Below, piece by piece: positions 21,412 through 30,320 of a stretch of 32,000 nucleotides of DNA; position 1 is the stretch's first letter, and the number at the start of each line of letters is the position of its first letter. Below the pieces are notes generated by a model that did not search any database, was not told the DNA's origin, and saw only the letters and a list, made by a program, of their open reading frames with translations. The position numbers and the translations under genes were made by a program. This DNA comes from Pyrobaculum calidifontis JCM 11548 (GTDB lineage Archaea > Thermoproteota > Thermoprotei > Thermoproteales > Thermoproteaceae), in the NCBI RefSeq assembly GCF_000015805.1, contig NC_009073.1:720001-752000 (forward strand), given 5' to 3'.

Positions 21412-22277
21412 CTGAGTTTTCTGTGTATTGGCATGTTCATAAGGGCTAGGTGGACGCGGCCCGTGTAGAACGCGGTCTTTACCCCCCTGGCCCTTAGCCT
21501 CTCGTCTACCTCCGAGGGCGTGAGGGCGTGTGGGTCGTATCTCAAAGAGCCTAGTATGAAGTTGACGGCGTAGCCGAAGGAGGGTATCCACACCTCGTAC
21601 TCGGCCACTATGGGGAAGTTCGCCTTTACGCCTTCGAGGACCATGTCGTACTCGGCGGGGAAGTAGAAGCTGTTTCCCGCCTGTGTGACCACTACGCCGT
21701 CGTCGTTTAGTATCCGCCTAATTTTTGCGAAGAACTCCCGGGTGTAGAGCTGTTTTGCGATGTCTGAGCTGTATGGGTCTGTCAAGTCCATTATTATCAC
21801 GTCGTATTTGTCGCCCGCCTTGATTGCCTCTTCCACGTAGACGAAGCCGTCTTGTATTACCACTTTTGCGCGGGGGTCGTCGAAGGCGCCTTGGTGCATC
21901 TGGGGGAGGTACGCCCGCGACAGTTCTACTACGTCTCGGTCTATGTCCACCATCACTGCCCTCTTCACCGTGCCGTGTTTCAACGCCTCTCTGAGCGTGG
22001 CCCCCTCTCCGCCGCCGAGTATTAGCACGTCGCGTGGGTTGGGGTGCGTGGCCATGGCTGGGTGGACGAGGGACTCGTGGTAGTACTGCTCGTCGACGTA
22101 GGAGGACTGGATGTAGTCGTCCAAGATGAGGACGCGGCCGTAGTCCTCAGTGTCGGCTATTATGATCTCTTGATACGGCGACTTTTTAACTGAGTGTATT
22201 GCGTTTATCTTTATCAAGAGCGAGGTGTTGCCGCTGAGGGGCTCTATGAGCGTTATGGGACCGGGCACCTTGCGCAT
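21408..22277 (-). CDS. speE: Spermidine synthase-family aminopropyltransferase
   Basis: 289 aa with LILGGGEGATLRE (SAM-derivative binding loop), DIDRDVV and IIMDLTDP, which are typical of SpeE. Confidence 0.9.
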   Translation of the reverse strand: MRKVPGPITLIEPLSGNTSLLIKINAIHSVKKSPYQEIIIADTEDYGRVLILDDYIQSSYVDEQYYHESLVHPAMATHPNPRDVLILGGGEGATLREALKHGTVKRAVMVDIDRDVVELSRAYLPQMHQGAFDDPRAKVVIQDGFVYVEEAIKAGDKYDVIIMDLTDPYSSDIAKQLYTREFFAKIRRILNDDGVVVTQAGNSFYFPAEYDMVLEGVKANFPIVAEYEVWIPSFGYAVNFILGSLRYDPHALTPSEVDERLRARGVKTAFYTGRVHLALMNMPIHRKLR

Positions 22278-22288
22278 AGCCCTATGTG

Positions 22289-24004
22289 TTACCCTCTTCT
22301 TAAGTTTTCGCCTATGAAGCGTATCACCTCGGTGTAGACCCTCACCCTGTTTTCCACTTTGGCTATGCCGTGCCCCTCGTCTGGCAGTATTACGAGCTTC
22401 ACCTCTCTGCCCAGCTCCCTCAGCCGCTGTGCCAACTGCTCGGCCTCGTACACGGGCACTCGTATGTCGTTTGCCCCGTGGATTACCATGAGGGGGGGCT
22501 TTATCTTCTCGGCGTGTGTAATGGGGCTTAGCTGGAGTAGTAGATCTCTGTGCTTCTCCAGAGAGCCGTACTCCGTCTCGCGGTACTTACGCCTCCAGGG
22601 CGCCGTCTTCTCTAGGAAGGTCACAAGGTTGAAGATTCCCACCATCTCTACTCCACATGCCCAGAGGTCTGGCGCCGTTGCCAACGCCATGAGTGTGAGG
22701 TAGCCCCCGTACGACCCGCCGAGGACGCAGGGCTTCTCCTTGGCGATTCCCTCGCTCTGTAGCCATTTGGCGAATGCTTCGACGTCTTTAATTGCGTCCC
22801 AGCGCTTTTCCACGTCATCGAGGTGTATAAAGGTTTTGCCGAAGCCCGTGGAGCCGCGGTAGTTCGGCGCCGCCACGACGTACCCTGCCAGGAGGAGGGC
22901 CGCGACGAGGGGCTTGAACTCGGGCCTGTCCTGCGACTCGGGGCCGCCGTGGAGGTACACGACCACTCCTCTGGCCTCTCCAGGGGGGTTGTAGATGTTG
23001 GCGTATATCTTCAGCCCGTCGTGGCTTTGGTATTGGACTATCCGCGGCTCTGGTATTGCGTCTAGGGGGGTGCCGTACTTGGGCGAGCTGGTGATCTGCC
23101 TCACGGCGCCCTGGTAGAGGTACACCTCGTGTCCCTTGTTTATGGAGGATAGAGAGAACAGGGCCTTGCCTCCCCTGTACTGCAGTGCGGTTATCACGCC
23201 TGTGGGTATCGCCGCCCTGTGTGTAAGCGCAGAGGGGAGGTGCATGAAGTAGAGGCCCGAGGCGCCTCCCTCGTTTAGGGTAAAGGCCATGTACCCCCCG
23301 TCTACGTCGAAGTGTTCTACGTCTCTGTCGAGTTGTACTACGTACTTCCACTCGCCAGTGGACAAGTTCATGGCCGCCACGCCCACGTACTCCCAGGCCA
23401 TGTTGGTGAGGAAGTAGAGCCTCTCGCCGACTAGGCGTGGGGAGTAGTTGAGGGCTTCTCCCTCGTGTTTTGTCAGCTCTCTCACCTCCCCGTCTTTGTA
23501 CCAGAGTATGGTGCTGTCGAAGTTTGTCTCATAGTGCGTGATAAAGATGCCTGCCTCGTTCCACTCCTCCACCACGTTTATGCCGGCCAGCTGTAGGGCC
23601 AGCTTTGTCTCTCCGCTCTCCCTGTCGTATATGTATAGGTGGAAGTTCTGCGGATCGTCTCTCGTCGAAGTGAAGGCCAGCCTTCTGCCGTCTGGGGAAA
23701 AGGCGCCCAGGCTGTTTACGCCCTCTGTGGAAACGGGCACAACATCGTTGCCCACGGCTATGTAGATCCGCCACTTCTCGTCCCCGTTTTGGTCCGCCGC
23801 CAGCGCCAGTGCGCCGTCTGGCGCAACGCGGTAGTCTCCCACTCTGCCGTCCCACGGCAGAACTACGTCGTGTACGCCGCTCTTGTTGACCCACAGTTGC
23901 ATTTGGCCAGTCACGTCGCTGAGGTAGTACACCTCGCCTCTTGGGCCAAACCTAGGCGAAGTTGCTGAGCGTATTGAAAGCGCACGCTTCACTAGCCACT
24001 CCAT
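22289..24004 (-). CDS. S9-family serine peptidase (prolyl oligopeptidase / acylaminoacyl-peptidase type) with an N-terminal beta-propeller
   Basis: 571 aa. Nucleophile elbow GGSYGGY, Asp in HGANDIRVP and His in PDEGHGI. The N-terminal about 330 aa are repeat-rich and propeller-like. The stop lies 11 nt upstream of speE. Confidence 0.9.
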   Translation of the reverse strand: MEWLVKRALSIRSATSPRFGPRGEVYYLSDVTGQMQLWVNKSGVHDVVLPWDGRVGDYRVAPDGALALAADQNGDEKWRIYIAVGNDVVPVSTEGVNSLGAFSPDGRRLAFTSTRDDPQNFHLYIYDRESGETKLALQLAGINVVEEWNEAGIFITHYETNFDSTILWYKDGEVRELTKHEGEALNYSPRLVGERLYFLTNMAWEYVGVAAMNLSTGEWKYVVQLDRDVEHFDVDGGYMAFTLNEGGASGLYFMHLPSALTHRAAIPTGVITALQYRGGKALFSLSSINKGHEVYLYQGAVRQITSSPKYGTPLDAIPEPRIVQYQSHDGLKIYANIYNPPGEARGVVVYLHGGPESQDRPEFKPLVAALLLAGYVVAAPNYRGSTGFGKTFIHLDDVEKRWDAIKDVEAFAKWLQSEGIAKEKPCVLGGSYGGYLTLMALATAPDLWACGVEMVGIFNLVTFLEKTAPWRRKYRETEYGSLEKHRDLLLQLSPITHAEKIKPPLMVIHGANDIRVPVYEAEQLAQRLRELGREVKLVILPDEGHGIAKVENRVRVYTEVIRFIGENLRRG

Positions 24005-24020
24005 GGCTTCGCCAATTGGG

Positions 24021-24031
24021 GACTATTTAAC
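24021..24031. promoter_or_regulatory. Shared A/T box between divergent genes
   Basis: GACTATTTAAC reads TTAAATAG on the minus strand, 19-26 nt upstream of peptidase ATG 24004. On the plus strand it precedes the possible starts TTG 24039 and GTG 24063. Confidence 0.35.
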
Positions 24032-24038
24032 GCTATAG

Positions 24039-24380
24039 TTGCTTTTAACCACGCATATTGACGTGAAGAATGAGTACATTGCGGCACTGGTGTACTACGT
24101 GTATAAAAAGGCCAAGACAGACAGAGGTACCGCCGTAGTTGTGCGCACCGCAGAGATATGCGGCGTCGACAGGCAGTGCGGCTGGGCAATGCGAGTGGCA
24201 ATGATGACGCTCGTGGAAGCCGGCGTGGCAGTTAGGCACAAGCCCGGCGTCTACATGATAGACAAAAACTTGGTAGATATGGCGTTGAACATTTTGAGGA
24301 GCTTTGTGGGCAGGAGGGGCAGGCGCGCGCTTCTCCTCGTAGAAGAAAAGCTTGGGGACAGGTCTCTCACGAGACGGTGA
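24039..24380 (+). CDS. Small hypothetical protein (113 aa or less), possibly winged-helix-like
   Basis: Open frame with TTG 24039 or in-frame GTG 24063 as start. The composition is protein-like (..TAEICGVDRQCGWAMRVAMMTLVEAGVAVRHKPGVYMIDK..). No diagnostic motif. Confidence 0.45.
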   Translation: MLLTTHIDVKNEYIAALVYYVYKKAKTDRGTAVVVRTAEICGVDRQCGWAMRVAMMTLVEAGVAVRHKPGVYMIDKNLVDMALNILRSFVGRRGRRALLLVEEKLGDRSLTRR

Positions 24381-24522
24381 AGGCTGTTTAATGATCGCCA
24401 GCGCTCCGAGCCAGGGCGCTGTACCACAGATGGGGTACTGCCAAGGCGGGGCCCCACAGATGGCTACAACGGCCGTGAAGACGGGGCCTAGGACGTGAGA
24501 GATATTAAGTTACGAGTTTTTC

Positions 24523-25152
24523 TTGCTAGTGTATACTCCAGAGGAGGTTAAAAAGAGGGAGCTGGTGGACATTGTAGTTGCTTTGTTGACGCTGGCACTC
24601 GGATTTTCCATTGCCATGGCCAACGTAAATCTTGCACATATTGAAAATCTTGCACACATTCCTCTTTTCTTCCCAATAGCGCTTTTCGTTCTGCTATTCG
24701 CCTTCATTGGACACGAACTGGCCCATAGGCAAGTCGCCAGGAGGCTCGGCTACTTTGCCTATTTTCAGGCCGACTACCGGCTCTTACCCCTGGCCGTAAT
24801 TTTGCCGCTTTTCGTGGGCGTGGTGTTCGCCGCGCCGGGGGCCGTGGTCATTTCGCCATTTAGGTTCTATGGCCGCGGCGACGAGAGGCGTGACATATTT
24901 TTCATCTCCGCGGCTGGCCCGTTGACAAATATAGTGTTTGCAGCTCTGGGCCTAGCCGCATATCTGTGGGCTGGGTACGGGCTACTTCTCGGCTTTGCAT
25001 ATGTGAATGCGTGGCTTGCTCTTTTTAACTTGCTTCCACTGCCGCCGCTTGACGGCGAGAAGATTATAAAAACTAATTTGCCCATGTGGCTGTTGTTAAT
25101 TATCACGGCCGGCGCTTTGACGTGGCTTACTTTGAGACGGCTTACATGGTGA
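24523..25152 (+). CDS. M50-family (site-2 protease-like) membrane metalloprotease
   Basis: HExxH in a TM helix (FIGHELAHRQ) plus the second signature NLLPLPPLDG, with about 6 hydrophobic helices. The start is TTG 24523 or GTG 24529, 20-28 nt after GATATTAAG (24501-24509). Confidence 0.8.
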   Translation: MLVYTPEEVKKRELVDIVVALLTLALGFSIAMANVNLAHIENLAHIPLFFPIALFVLLFAFIGHELAHRQVARRLGYFAYFQADYRLLPLAVILPLFVGVVFAAPGAVVISPFRFYGRGDERRDIFFISAAGPLTNIVFAALGLAAYLWAGYGLLLGFAYVNAWLALFNLLPLPPLDGEKIIKTNLPMWLLLIITAGALTWLTLRRLTW

Positions 25153-26213
25153 GAGTCTCTGCGCCTGGTCGGCTGGATTTTCTAAATACGCACCAGGACT
25201 ACAAGGGCCTGCCTGTTGTGTCCATTGCCGTTAATCTGAGGGCCTATTTGACGGCGGCGGAGGGGGGCGGCAAGTGTGTTGTCTCGTCTAGAAACACCGG
25301 CGACGTGTGCGAGTTTGAGGTAGGCGAGAGGCCGAGGGGGAGGGGGTTCTGCGACTATATGAAGGCGGCTGTGCTTGCCGTGGGCGCAAGGCGGTGCTTC
25401 AGGGGGGAGTTGTATTCACAGATCCCCATAGGGGCCGGCATGGCGAGTAGCGCCGCCATTTTGGTAACCGCCGTTGCCGCGTTGTTAAAGCTCAACGGCG
25501 CCTCTCCCTCTCTCTACGACGTGGCAGAGCTCGCGTATGTGGCAGAGAGGGAGGTACTCGGCGTGCCCTGTGGGCGGCTGGACCAGTACGGCTCGGCGTT
25601 TGGCCACGTCTCGCTGATTTACCCAACGCCCCCAGTCAAGGTGGAGAGGCTGGAGCTTCCGGGCGGGGTCTTCGTGGTGCTCCACAGCGGGATTAGCCAC
25701 AGCACCGCAGAGGTTCACACAAAGAGGCAGGAGGAGCTACAGAGGGCTGTGGAGTTGTTAAAGGAGTGGCTAAGAGTGGAGGCGTCGGGGTATTGGGACT
25801 TCCCGTGGCGCGCGCTTCTCAGCCACAGAGATGTCGTTGATCAGTTGCCAGAGCCGCTGAGGAGCAGGGTCTTGTTTACACTGAAAATGGAGAAGTCCAC
25901 TGAGGAGGCGGTAGCCGTTTTGAAAAGTGAAATGTCTCCGCTGGAGAAGCTTAAACGGGTGGGCGAAGTAATGACGCAACAACACTGGCTATTGTCAAAG
26001 CTTTACGAAGTTTCTCTGCCCCAGCTAGACCTGCTAGTAGAACGCGCCCTGGCCGCGGGCGCGTACGGCGCAAAGCTCTCTGGCGCAGGCCTCGGCGGCG
26101 TAGTAATAGCGTTGGCCCCTGATATTCACACTGCGCAGAGAATTGTTAAAGAGGCAGAAGCACCCTCGTGGTGGATTGTGGAAGTGGATAGGGGCCTGGA
26201 GTATGGAGATTAG
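25146..26213 (+). CDS. galK: Galactokinase (GHMP kinase family)
   Basis: Galactokinase-type N-terminal signature GRLDFLNTHQDYKG and GHMP motif PIGAGMASSAA. ATG 25146 (MVRVSAPG) overlaps the M50 stop by 7 nt. The track start 25086 lies inside the M50 gene. Confidence 0.85.
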   Translation: MVRVSAPGRLDFLNTHQDYKGLPVVSIAVNLRAYLTAAEGGGKCVVSSRNTGDVCEFEVGERPRGRGFCDYMKAAVLAVGARRCFRGELYSQIPIGAGMASSAAILVTAVAALLKLNGASPSLYDVAELAYVAEREVLGVPCGRLDQYGSAFGHVSLIYPTPPVKVERLELPGGVFVVLHSGISHSTAEVHTKRQEELQRAVELLKEWLRVEASGYWDFPWRALLSHRDVVDQLPEPLRSRVLFTLKMEKSTEEAVAVLKSEMSPLEKLKRVGEVMTQQHWLLSKLYEVSLPQLDLLVERALAAGAYGAKLSGAGLGGVVIALAPDIHTAQRIVKEAEAPSWWIVEVDRGLEYGD

Positions 26214-27144
26214 GAAGAACCCCCTCACTGGGGAGTACACCCTCGTCTCGCCCCACAGACTCTCTAGGCCGTGGCAGCCCGAGGGCTTTTGCCCATTCTG
26301 CCCCGGCGCGCCTGAGACAGGCCACGGCTGGGACGTCTTGTTGCTGCCCAACCGCTACCCCGTGGTAACCCCCACCCCTCCGAAACCATACACCGAGGAC
26401 TTCTATGTCGCTCAAGAGGCGTATGGCCGCGCCTATGTGCTCGTGGAAACTTCTCAACACGACGTAGACGACTTAAGCGACTTGCCAATAGGCCAGATAG
26501 TTAAAGCGTTGAAGCTCGTGGTCGAGGCGGCGCGGGAGTCAGAGCGGGATGAGAAACTGGCCTACTTCTTCTACTTTAGAAACAAGGGGAGGGAAATCGG
26601 CGTGTCGCTTACCCACCCCCACTCCCAAATATATGTACTCCCCGTAGTGCCGCCTAGGGTAGCCCTGGAGCTGGCCCACTCAAAGAGGTGGTATAAGAGG
26701 CGTGGCGAGTGTTTACACTGCGCCATTGTGAAAAGGGAAGATAAACGTGTCATATATGAAAACCGCGGGTGGAAGAGCTTTACTCCGTACTACGCGAGGT
26801 GGCCCTTCGAGGCCCACGTCTACCCAAAGCGGCACGTGTCTTCTATAGTGGAACTCGGCGAAGACGAGCTAGTGGACTTGGCAGACGCCCTAAAAAAGAC
26901 GCTATGCGCCTTTAAAAACGTCTTGGAGAAGCCAATGCCCTACATCATGGTAATGCACCAAGCCCCCCTCCGCCTAAGACTCCCCTACTACCACCTACAC
27001 TTCGAAATATACGGCATGTACCGCCCCGACGGGAGACTGAAATACGCCGCCGGCGCTGAAACAGGGGGAGGACTATTCACCCTTGAGACAACCCCCGAGG
27101 AGGCCGCGCAGAAGCTGAAGGAGACAGCCGCGAGGCGGTGTTAG
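26203..27144 (+). CDS. galT: Galactose-1-phosphate uridylyltransferase (HIT superfamily)
   Basis: Zn site CPFCPG and active-site HPHSQIY (H-x-H-x-Q). ATG 26203 ([12 protein letters not shown]) overlaps the end of galK by 11 nt. Confidence 0.9.
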
Positions 27145-27680
27145 AGCATTCTCTTAATTAAGTCGTTGATCAAAGGCCCTCTGTAGCCCAAGTCGCCTCC
27201 CACAGAGAAGTGCAATTTTACACTGTTGAGGCCGCCTCTAGGCGGATGTAAGCGGAAGAAGGGCTTTAGGTATGGAATACACGGCGGCCGTTGCCCCTCC
27301 CTAGCCTTGAAGTCCTTTTTACACGCAAGCGTCTCTATCTCCCCGGAGATGTACGCGAGGGCCACTTCCTCAAAGGAGTTCCACCCCCACTTCTGGAGGT
27401 ATTCAAGCGTAAGCGGCTTGTCGCCCACAATTCGCCCCCTCTTACGCAACACCTCTGCGAGAGTATCTGCGTCAATTTCCCCCCAAGTGACCCAGTCATT
27501 CACCCTTTCTATCATGCCCATGACACTTGGAGAGCCCACTACCACCACCATGGTGAACTTCCTCCTAAGCCTCAACAAGTCAAGCGTCGCGGCAATGTCA
27601 CCCGGAGTGGTGGGTATACCTCTGAGCCTAATTACGGCGTAGCGGGGGTACACCGTCTTTTGCTCAGTTGCCGCCATCAT
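27141..27680 (-). CDS. rpl30p: 50S ribosomal protein uL30 (L30P)
   Basis: [34 protein letters not shown] is typical of archaeal L30. The ATG overlaps the uS5 stop (ATGA). Its stop codon overlaps the convergent galT stop (TTAG, 27141-27144). Confidence 0.9.
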
Positions 27681-28285
27681 AGCTTGAAGTAGTAGGTGTT
27701 TCTAAGAGCGTTGAACACCGCCAGCGCAAAGTTCAACGTAGTTCTAGTGTCGCCTCTAGTCTTTGTCCACACGTCCTTTATCCCCGCCAGACGTAACACC
27801 ACCTTGGCCACGTCGCCTGCCACAAGGCCCACGCCCTTAGGCGCCGGGATTAACGTCACTTCTACGCTCCCGGACTTCCCACTTACCACAAATGGCACGC
27901 TGTGAGGCTCGTCGCAAGAACACTTCCAAGAGCCGCAGCCGCGCCTCACGGGCGTAATGTTCAACTTGGCCTCCCTAGTGGCCTTCTCAATGGCCTGCCT
28001 CACCTGTCTAGATTTCCCAATTCCCACGCCAACGTACCCATCCTCGTTGCCCACCGCCACCACCGCCTGAAACTGGTTTCTCTCGCCAGCATGCGTCTGG
28101 CGTTGGACTAGGTTTAGGTTTAAAAGCTCCTGCTTTAGTCCCGGGAGCAGAATATCCACAATCTCGGGCTCCTTTATTAGGAGGTTGTTCGCAAAGATCT
28201 CATCTATAGTCCTTATCTTCCCCTCTTTCACCATTCTCCCAAGAGCCGTCTTAGGCTCCCAAAGGCTTAAATCGACGACGCTCAC
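27677..28285 (-). CDS. rps5p: 30S ribosomal protein uS5 (S5P)
   Basis: 202 aa. Contains [32 protein letters not shown] and [32 protein letters not shown] start at 28285. Confidence 0.95.
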
Positions 28286-28303
28286 GAGGCCTCTAAAACC
28301 GAC

Positions 28304-28320
28304 CAGTTTTTATACTTTAA
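28304..28320 (-). promoter_or_regulatory. Candidate TATA box for the uS5-uL30 unit
   Basis: The minus strand reads TTAAAGTATAAAAACTG and ends about 20 nt upstream of GTG 28285. It lies within the last codons of rnhB. Confidence 0.4.
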
Positions 28321-28933
28321 ACCTCACCTTCCACGAGTGTCTAATACACTCGCTGGGCACGAGTCCGCGTTTTACAAACTCCACCGTACGCGGGTCAGAG
28401 GGGTAGCCACTGCCGAAGTCCCCCACCTCCCTCTTCAACAAGTCTATCAAGCGGTCTCTCACCACTTTGGCCACTATACTCGCCGCAGCCACCTGGGGCA
28501 CGCGCTCGCCCTTGTTAAGCGCCACTATGCGCTTACCAGTGGCCATAGACAACGCGCTTCCATACCTCTCAGGCTTCACATCTGGCGAATCTACGTAGTA
28601 CACATCGGCAGGGCACGTGGCCAACAACTTGGCAGTGTAGTCTATCTCAAGCGCGTTGAGGAGGCCCTTAGACGTATACATGTCCACTATGTGCGGCTCC
28701 ACTACTATGTAGTTTACGCACTCCGCCACCTCCAGCACTCTGGCAAACACCCTCTCCCTAGCCCCAGGGCTCAAGGCCTTGGAGTCCCTAACCCCCACCC
28801 CTAGGAGGACGTCGCTGTCGCCAACTACCACAGCTATCACCAACGGCCCCACCAGCGGCCCCCTACCCGCCTCATCGACGCCTCCGATCACGGTTAAATA
28901 GGGTCTGCTCAATAAATCTTGTGGAAATCCCAC
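28310..28933 (-). CDS. rnhB: Ribonuclease HII
   Basis: 207 aa with the GVDEAGRGPLVGPLV catalytic motif, plus DSK and GSGYPSD motifs. GTG start (plus-strand CAC at 28931-28933). Confidence 0.9.
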   Translation of the reverse strand: MGFPQDLLSRPYLTVIGGVDEAGRGPLVGPLVIAVVVGDSDVLLGVGVRDSKALSPGARERVFARVLEVAECVNYIVVEPHIVDMYTSKGLLNALEIDYTAKLLATCPADVYYVDSPDVKPERYGSALSMATGKRIVALNKGERVPQVAAASIVAKVVRDRLIDLLKREVGDFGSGYPSDPRTVEFVKRGLVPSECIRHSWKVRFKV

Positions 28934-29094
28934 AAGATCTCAAGTCGTATCTACAGGTGGAGGTGGATCAGTGGGACGTGGCGCATATAGTGTGTATAAA
29001 GTGTAAAAAGAGATTTTTCACCGTGAGAGATGCCGCGATACACTTGTACCGTGTCCACGGGGTAAAAGTTGCCCAAAAATACGCCGAGACTTAG
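28921..29094 (+). CDS. Small C2H2 zinc-finger protein (57 codons from GTG 28921; alternative GTG starts at 28957 and 28963). Not in the supplied ORF track
   Basis: Translation: VEIPQDLKSYLQVEVDQWDVAHIVCIKCKKRFFTVRDAAIHLYRVHGVKVAQKYAET*. C-x2-C-x12-H-x4-H at nt 28993-29058 with Phe at the classical position. A TTAAATAG box at 28894-28901 lies about 20-27 nt upstream of GTG 28921. The TAG stop (29092-29094) overlaps the convergent thiolase stop. Confidence 0.5.
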   Translation: MEIPQDLKSYLQVEVDQWDVAHIVCIKCKKRFFTVRDAAIHLYRVHGVKVAQKYAET

Positions 29095-30275
29095 ACAAGC
29101 TCAATGGCCAGGGCCGTTCCTCCACCTGTGCCGTGGCAGAGCGCGGCGATGCCTCTCCTCCCGCCCATGCGCCTAAGCACCGATATGAGCGTGGTGACAA
29201 TCCTTGCCCCCGAGGCGCCGAGCGGGTGGCCGAGGGCAATGGCGCCGCCGAAGACGTTCAGCTTGTCGTAAGGCACATCGAGGAATCTGTGGAATAGCAC
29301 GTTGTTCACGGCGAAGGCCTCGTTGTTTTCAAAGTAGTCAAAGTCGTTAATTCCCATGCCCAGCTTCTTCAACAGTTTTTGAACAGCGTAGAGGGGGGCC
29401 TCGACGAATCGCCAGGGTTCCACCATGTGCCAGCTGTAGCCAAGGATGCGCGCCACTGGCCTGAGGCTGAGCTCCTTTGCCTTCTCCTCAGTGGTGAGCA
29501 GGAGGGCGGCCGCTCCGTCGGACAGCTGGCTGGAGTTCCCCGCGGTCAACACGCCGTCGGGCCTAAAGGCGGGCTTAAGCTTGGCCAATTTTTCAAGCGT
29601 GGTGTCCGGCCTAATGCCCTCGTCTCTGTCTAACTTGACGCGCACTCCGCCTAACTCGCCGTCTATGGGCTCCATTTCTTCAAACCACCTGTTCTCAGTA
29701 GCCCGCCACGCCCTCATGTGGCTCTCATAAGCCACCCAGTCCAACTCCTCCCGCGTAATTTTGTGCTCCCTAGCCACTAGCTCGGCCTCCTCGCCCATGA
29801 GGAGCCCGTTGGAGGGGTCCGTCAGACCGTCGTATACCATCAAGTCTCTGAGCTCGGCCCGCCGCCCGATGAAGTGCCTCAGCCCCCACCGGGCGTCGTC
29901 TGGAAGACATATAGGCGGCGTAGACATAGACTCGGCGCCGCCCGCGATTACGACCGAGGCGTCCCCCACCGCGATTTCCCTATATGCCTCTATAATGGCC
30001 TGCATCCCCGAAGAACAGACCCTGTTCACCGTATATGCGCTCACCTCCACCGGCAGGCCAGCCAACAGAGCGGCGTACCTCGCCAAGTTTTGACCCATGC
30101 CCCCCTGGAGGGTGGAGCCAAACACCACTTCGTCCACCTCCTTTCCCGAGAGCCCCGTCCTTTCCAGCAACTTCTTTATGACAAAGGCGGCTAGGTGGGG
30201 AGTCTTCACGTCCTTGAGGGCGCCTCCAAACTTTCCAATGGGCGTCCTAACGAAGCCCGCAATAACTATCCCCAT
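29091..30275 (-). CDS. Acetyl-CoA C-acetyltransferase (thiolase)
   Basis: 394 aa. Acyl-Cys region NRVCSSGMQAI, C-terminal GHPLGASGARI, and CHGTGGGTALAIE. Confidence 0.9.
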   Translation of the reverse strand: MGIVIAGFVRTPIGKFGGALKDVKTPHLAAFVIKKLLERTGLSGKEVDEVVFGSTLQGGMGQNLARYAALLAGLPVEVSAYTVNRVCSSGMQAIIEAYREIAVGDASVVIAGGAESMSTPPICLPDDARWGLRHFIGRRAELRDLMVYDGLTDPSNGLLMGEEAELVAREHKITREELDWVAYESHMRAWRATENRWFEEMEPIDGELGGVRVKLDRDEGIRPDTTLEKLAKLKPAFRPDGVLTAGNSSQLSDGAAALLLTTEEKAKELSLRPVARILGYSWHMVEPWRFVEAPLYAVQKLLKKLGMGINDFDYFENNEAFAVNNVLFHRFLDVPYDKLNVFGGAIALGHPLGASGARIVTTLISVLRRMGGRRGIAALCHGTGGGTALAIELV

Positions 30276-30320
30276 GGCCCAGCGGGCCTGAGGGTTAATA
30301 AGCCTTGTCGCTAATGTTAA

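Noticed and set aside
21412-21591. 60-codon N-terminal extension of CoaBC; likewise track starts 25086 (galK) and 26143 (galT)
   Set aside because: The extensions lie inside the preceding genes and are compositionally poor. Internal ATGs give canonical N-termini and short overlaps typical of this genome.
24391-24498. C/D-box sRNA interpretation of the spacer (AATGATCG resembles a C box)
   Set aside because: There are no proper C' and D' boxes or a terminal CTGA D box at the expected 12-nt guide spacing, and the element would be too long. It is kept only as a low-interest structured spacer.
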